Below are positions 61,004-64,000 of a stretch of DNA of 64,000 bases, piece by piece. The stretch spans positions 15,095-79,094 of the forward strand of contig JACQCF010000010.1 of assembly GCA_016201795.1 (NCBI GenBank), read 5' to 3'. Within the stretch, counting starts at the first letter, position 1. Each line of letters opens with the position of its first letter. The translations under genes were made by a program, and so were the position numbers. This DNA is from Candidatus Omnitrophota bacterium (lineage in GTDB: Bacteria > Omnitrophota > Gorgyraeia > Zapsychrales > Fredricksoniimonadaceae). Under the pieces are notes generated by a model, which did no database searches, was not told where the DNA came from, and saw only the letters and a list, made by a program, of their open reading frames with translations.

Positions 61004-62651
61004 GATAGTGGAAGCAGCCATCTTCGGCGCCATTTTGATTTTCTTAATGGGCACTATTCTGCGCACGCATGTCAGCGTCAGTCAAAATCAGAACCATCAG
61101 ATCAAGGCCCTGAAATTGGCGCTCTTGCAAAGCTTCAAGGGTTACAACCACAAGACCAGTTCCCGCAATTCCTCCAGCGTGCTTTTTGTGGAAGACCGCC
61201 TCTCACCGGATGTTAACAAATTCGCCGCCATTGACAGGTCGCCGTTTATTGCCGGCGGCTCAGGCACCATGAGCAACCGCCTGTTTTATCCGGTTGATGC
61301 CGGCGAGATCGGCAGCAATCTGCCGATCACCGACATTTTTATCAACGGCCAGCATTTTCCTTTGACCACCGCTTCTTTAGTGTTCAGGCGTATTTACCAG
61401 CCCGCGCCTGGGGTTTACCCATCCGTGCCCGGGGAAACTTGCCCGTTAGACACTAATGACCCCGAGCACTATAATTGCCTGCAGCAGCAGAACGAATATC
61501 TGACTCCTGCCACTTGCCCTACTCCTCCCTGCTCTCCTTATCCGCTTTTTTTTACCATGGCGGTCAACGGAACAGTGCAATATTGTTATAACACCACTCA
61601 GCTTACTGCAACATGCCACAACAATGTTTTGAATCAATTACAAAGTTTTCACCTGACGCGTCAATGGAGCGGTCCTAGCTTGTCCTTTACTCCTAACAAG
61701 GAAGTAGACTCCTCGATGTACCCTTATATGACCTGGCAATGGCAGGCGGTTAAGGGCACGGGCGATAATGTCAATATTGTCAAGCAAAACCAGGATGGCA
61801 GCGCCCCCAACACCGACAACAACGGTAAAATCAATGTCGACAAAACCAATGACGCGTATCCCTCTTTGGATGTGGATGGAGACAAAAAAGAAGAAACCGT
61901 CTACGCGGTCACGTGTCAATCCTCCAATAGTTTACAAAGTACTATTGATGGGGTGGATGATCAATATAAGATCAACGGAAAGATTTTATTGTTAGACAAC
62001 GGGACTGTTCTTGGCAACTCTGGCCTTCTGGCAAAATTGGGTTTTGACTGTTCTAGTTCAACAACGTGTATCAAGACGGATGGGTCCAATCAATCCCTGG
62101 AGTGCGATCCGAACGCATCTACGTTTTTAAAGTGTAAGTTTAAAGCCGACAGCAGCATTAGCGGTTGCACGAACAATGCACCCATCACAGGAGTCATCGC
62201 TTTGGATACCCAGCTGGGGGACATTGACCAAACCTTTGATAGTTCTTCTCATGGGCCCACACCCGGGCTTCAAGGGAATATGGGAATATACACCGAAGTC
62301 AGGCCGGGGACTTTTTTGCAAATCAAAGAAGGGAAGCTCTACAACCCCGAGACCCACCAGATGGTGCGAAGCATCAGCAGTAAAGACAGTGTGGATTTTA
62401 TCTCACGGACGTTTCAGTTAAGCAACGACACCAGACGCTTTTGCCCCGCAGTCGGAACTACTCCTGAGCTCACTGTAGACGGAGAGTCTAATCCCGTGCA
62501 GGTATGTGTCGATGGGACCACGACTACTTGTTTCGATGACAATTCCAGAAAGACCTGTTTTGACCGGGTTAACCGCATCCTTTATATTCGCACCAATGTG
62601 GGGGACAATCGGACCAGGAAATGGTTTACGGATGTAACTAAAGGACTATGA
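60978..62651 (+). CDS. Large TadE-like minor pilin with Cys-rich domain (putative adhesin)
   Basis: G|QAIVEAAIF; about 16 Cys; DVDGD motif. Confidence 0.75.
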   Translation: MNKHKKGQAIVEAAIFGAILIFLMGTILRTHVSVSQNQNHQIKALKLALLQSFKGYNHKTSSRNSSSVLFVEDRLSPDVNKFAAIDRSPFIAGGSGTMSNRLFYPVDAGEIGSNLPITDIFINGQHFPLTTASLVFRRIYQPAPGVYPSVPGETCPLDTNDPEHYNCLQQQNEYLTPATCPTPPCSPYPLFFTMAVNGTVQYCYNTTQLTATCHNNVLNQLQSFHLTRQWSGPSLSFTPNKEVDSSMYPYMTWQWQAVKGTGDNVNIVKQNQDGSAPNTDNNGKINVDKTNDAYPSLDVDGDKKEETVYAVTCQSSNSLQSTIDGVDDQYKINGKILLLDNGTVLGNSGLLAKLGFDCSSSTTCIKTDGSNQSLECDPNASTFLKCKFKADSSISGCTNNAPITGVIALDTQLGDIDQTFDSSSHGPTPGLQGNMGIYTEVRPGTFLQIKEGKLYNPETHQMVRSISSKDSVDFISRTFQLSNDTRRFCPAVGTTPELTVDGESNPVQVCVDGTTTTCFDDNSRKTCFDRVNRILYIRTNVGDNRTRKWFTDVTKGL

Positions 62652-62698
62652 AAACGTAAGAAGTAAATGGTTAATGGTACATGGTTAATGGTTAGAAA

Positions 62699-63049
62699 AT
62701 GTTTAAATTTGAAACATTGGATATTTGGAAGGAATCAGTAAAGTTTGCAGATGAAATTTATCAAGTAGTCAGGAACAGTTCAGATTATAGTTTAAATGAC
62801 CAAATTAAAAGGGCGGCAAATTCGATAGCTTTAAACATAGCTGAGGGTACAGGACGCGGTTCGAAAAATGATTTTAAAAGATTTATTCAGATTTCTATAG
62901 GGTCGCTGTATGAAGTAGTAACATGTTTATACATAATGAAAAATCATAAGGATATTACACAAGAGGCTTTCACAAGACTATATGAAAGATCGCAACAGTT
63001 GTCAAAGATGTTGCATGGTTTTATGAGTTATTTAGAGAAAGAACAGTAA
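62699..63049 (+). CDS. Four-helix-bundle protein (IVS-protein-like family)
   Basis: FKFETLDIWK...DQIKRAANSIALNIAEG...GSLYE; AT-rich; flanked by inverted heptamer repeats. Confidence 0.9.
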   Translation: MFKFETLDIWKESVKFADEIYQVVRNSSDYSLNDQIKRAANSIALNIAEGTGRGSKNDFKRFIQISIGSLYEVVTCLYIMKNHKDITQEAFTRLYERSQQLSKMLHGFMSYLEKEQ

Positions 63050-63051
63050 CC

Positions 63052-63333
63052 ATGAACCATTTACCATTAACTATTAACCGTAGACGGCCTCGAAGAGGCC
63101 AGTCTACCATTGAATTTACTTTTGCCGTAGTAATGGTGGCCCTTTTGATTTTCGGGCTGATCAAGATTTTTCAGTGGGTGGGAATGAATTTTGCCCAGCG
63201 CTCTTGGGACTTGGACAATGCCCAGTTTGTAAAGCCGCCTATGGACAGCAGCTTTGTTGCCAACGAAGAGGCACAGCTGAACCATGATGCGTATAGGACC
63301 AAACGCCTTAATGCGTTTACGAGGAATTTTTGA
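63052..63333 (+). CDS. TadE-like minor pilin
   Basis: RRG|QSTIEFTFAVVMVALLIFGLI. Confidence 0.78.
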   Translation: MNHLPLTINRRRPRRGQSTIEFTFAVVMVALLIFGLIKIFQWVGMNFAQRSWDLDNAQFVKPPMDSSFVANEEAQLNHDAYRTKRLNAFTRNF

Positions 63334-63452
63334 ACGGTAAAGGAGGCGTCATTGCGAAGAAGCGAAGCGACTGAAGCAATCTTTTTCAATGCTAACAAGA
63401 TTGCTTCGTCGTCCCGCCTTGGCGGGACTCCTCGCAATGACACTTAATAGAT

Positions 63453-64000
63453 ATGAACAAACATAAAAAAGGCCAGGCCGCTTTGATCATGATCCTTGTT
63501 GCGGCCACGGCTCTTACCTTTTACGCCATTACCCTTAACTGGAGCCGTGTAGCGGATGTAAAAATCCATCATTGGATGGCCGCGACCAATGCCTCCACTC
63601 AATCGGCCTCACTGCTGGCTAGCTGGGGGGAAAGGACATTGTGGGAGGAGCTCATTCCCCTGGGAGACCCTCTCGATTACAATTCGGGGGTAATAGAGCA
63701 TGTAGAAAAAACATGGCTTTTTATCAAAATCCTTGTGATCATTATTGTGGTGATCATAACGATTTTTACTCTTGGTGCTACAGCCGCCTTGCTAGTTCTT
63801 GTTATAATGTTGGTTGCTTTAACTCTTGAATATGCGGTGATCACGCCGATGCAATTTGACATATGGAATAAACTGGAAAAAAATATGGCAGAGGAGCTGG
63901 ACCAATTCCGGGAAGAGGGGATAAGGACAGGCTTACAAGCTGCAGTCAATGATCCTGTAAACCTTCCGGACCGTTTTGACATGAACAGCAATGGCAAATT
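63453..64000 (+). CDS. TadG-like pilin-domain protein (runs off the window)
   Basis: Manual translation MNKHKKG|QAALIMILVAATALTFYAITLNW...; no Glu5; second long hydrophobic segment; open to the window end. Confidence 0.72.
   Translation, partial: MNKHKKGQAALIMILVAATALTFYAITLNWSRVADVKIHHWMAATNASTQSASLLASWGERTLWEELIPLGDPLDYNSGVIEHVEKTWLFIKILVIIIVVIITIFTLGATAALLVLVIMLVALTLEYAVITPMQFDIWNKLEKNMAEELDQFREEGIRTGLQAAVNDPVNLPDRFDMNSNGK

Noticed and set aside
62699-63049. Possible Avd of a diversity-generating retroelement acting on pilins
   Set aside because: No reverse transcriptase and no TR/VR pair with adenine-specific mismatches in the window; the 79-bp repeat is exact.

Overview
This is the chromosomal replication-origin region of a diderm bacterium. 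Gene order and the Tad pilus locus suggest Candidatus Omnitrophota; that assignment is inference only. Left of about 37 kb almost all genes are on the minus strand: nuoA-G, sucCD, an FTR1/cupredoxin iron-uptake pair, an HD-GYP protein, gltX, two PilZ proteins, ymdB-rny-ygfA with 6S RNA, pheST, infC-rpmI-rplT, thrS, tRNAs, coaC-rpoZ-gmk-yicC-ndk, parAB with two parS sites, and yidC-yidD-rpmH. Right of the origin the genes are on the plus strand: dnaA-oriC-dnaN-dciA-gyrB-gyrA, tRNA-Glu, a GST, a nitrilase, mdh, then a large unusual Tad/type IVc pilus locus. That locus has a secretin fused to a TonB C-terminal domain, a CpaE-CpaF double-ATPase fusion, and at least 11 tandem prepilin-like genes. 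The most notable observations are: (i) the Tad locus and its A-B-C repeated pilin array; (ii) a GIY-YIG gene inserted at the tRNA-Gln 5' end with a 79-nt hairpin element whose orphan copy shows compensatory base changes; (iii) three cassettes flanked by duplicated 5' ends of the downstream gene, with no integrase in the window; (iv) several palindromic repeat families inserted in frame into proteins and prepilin leaders; (v) an FTR1 permease fused through an internal signal peptide to a probable outer-membrane beta-barrel. All calls were made by reading the sequence; no database searches were run.
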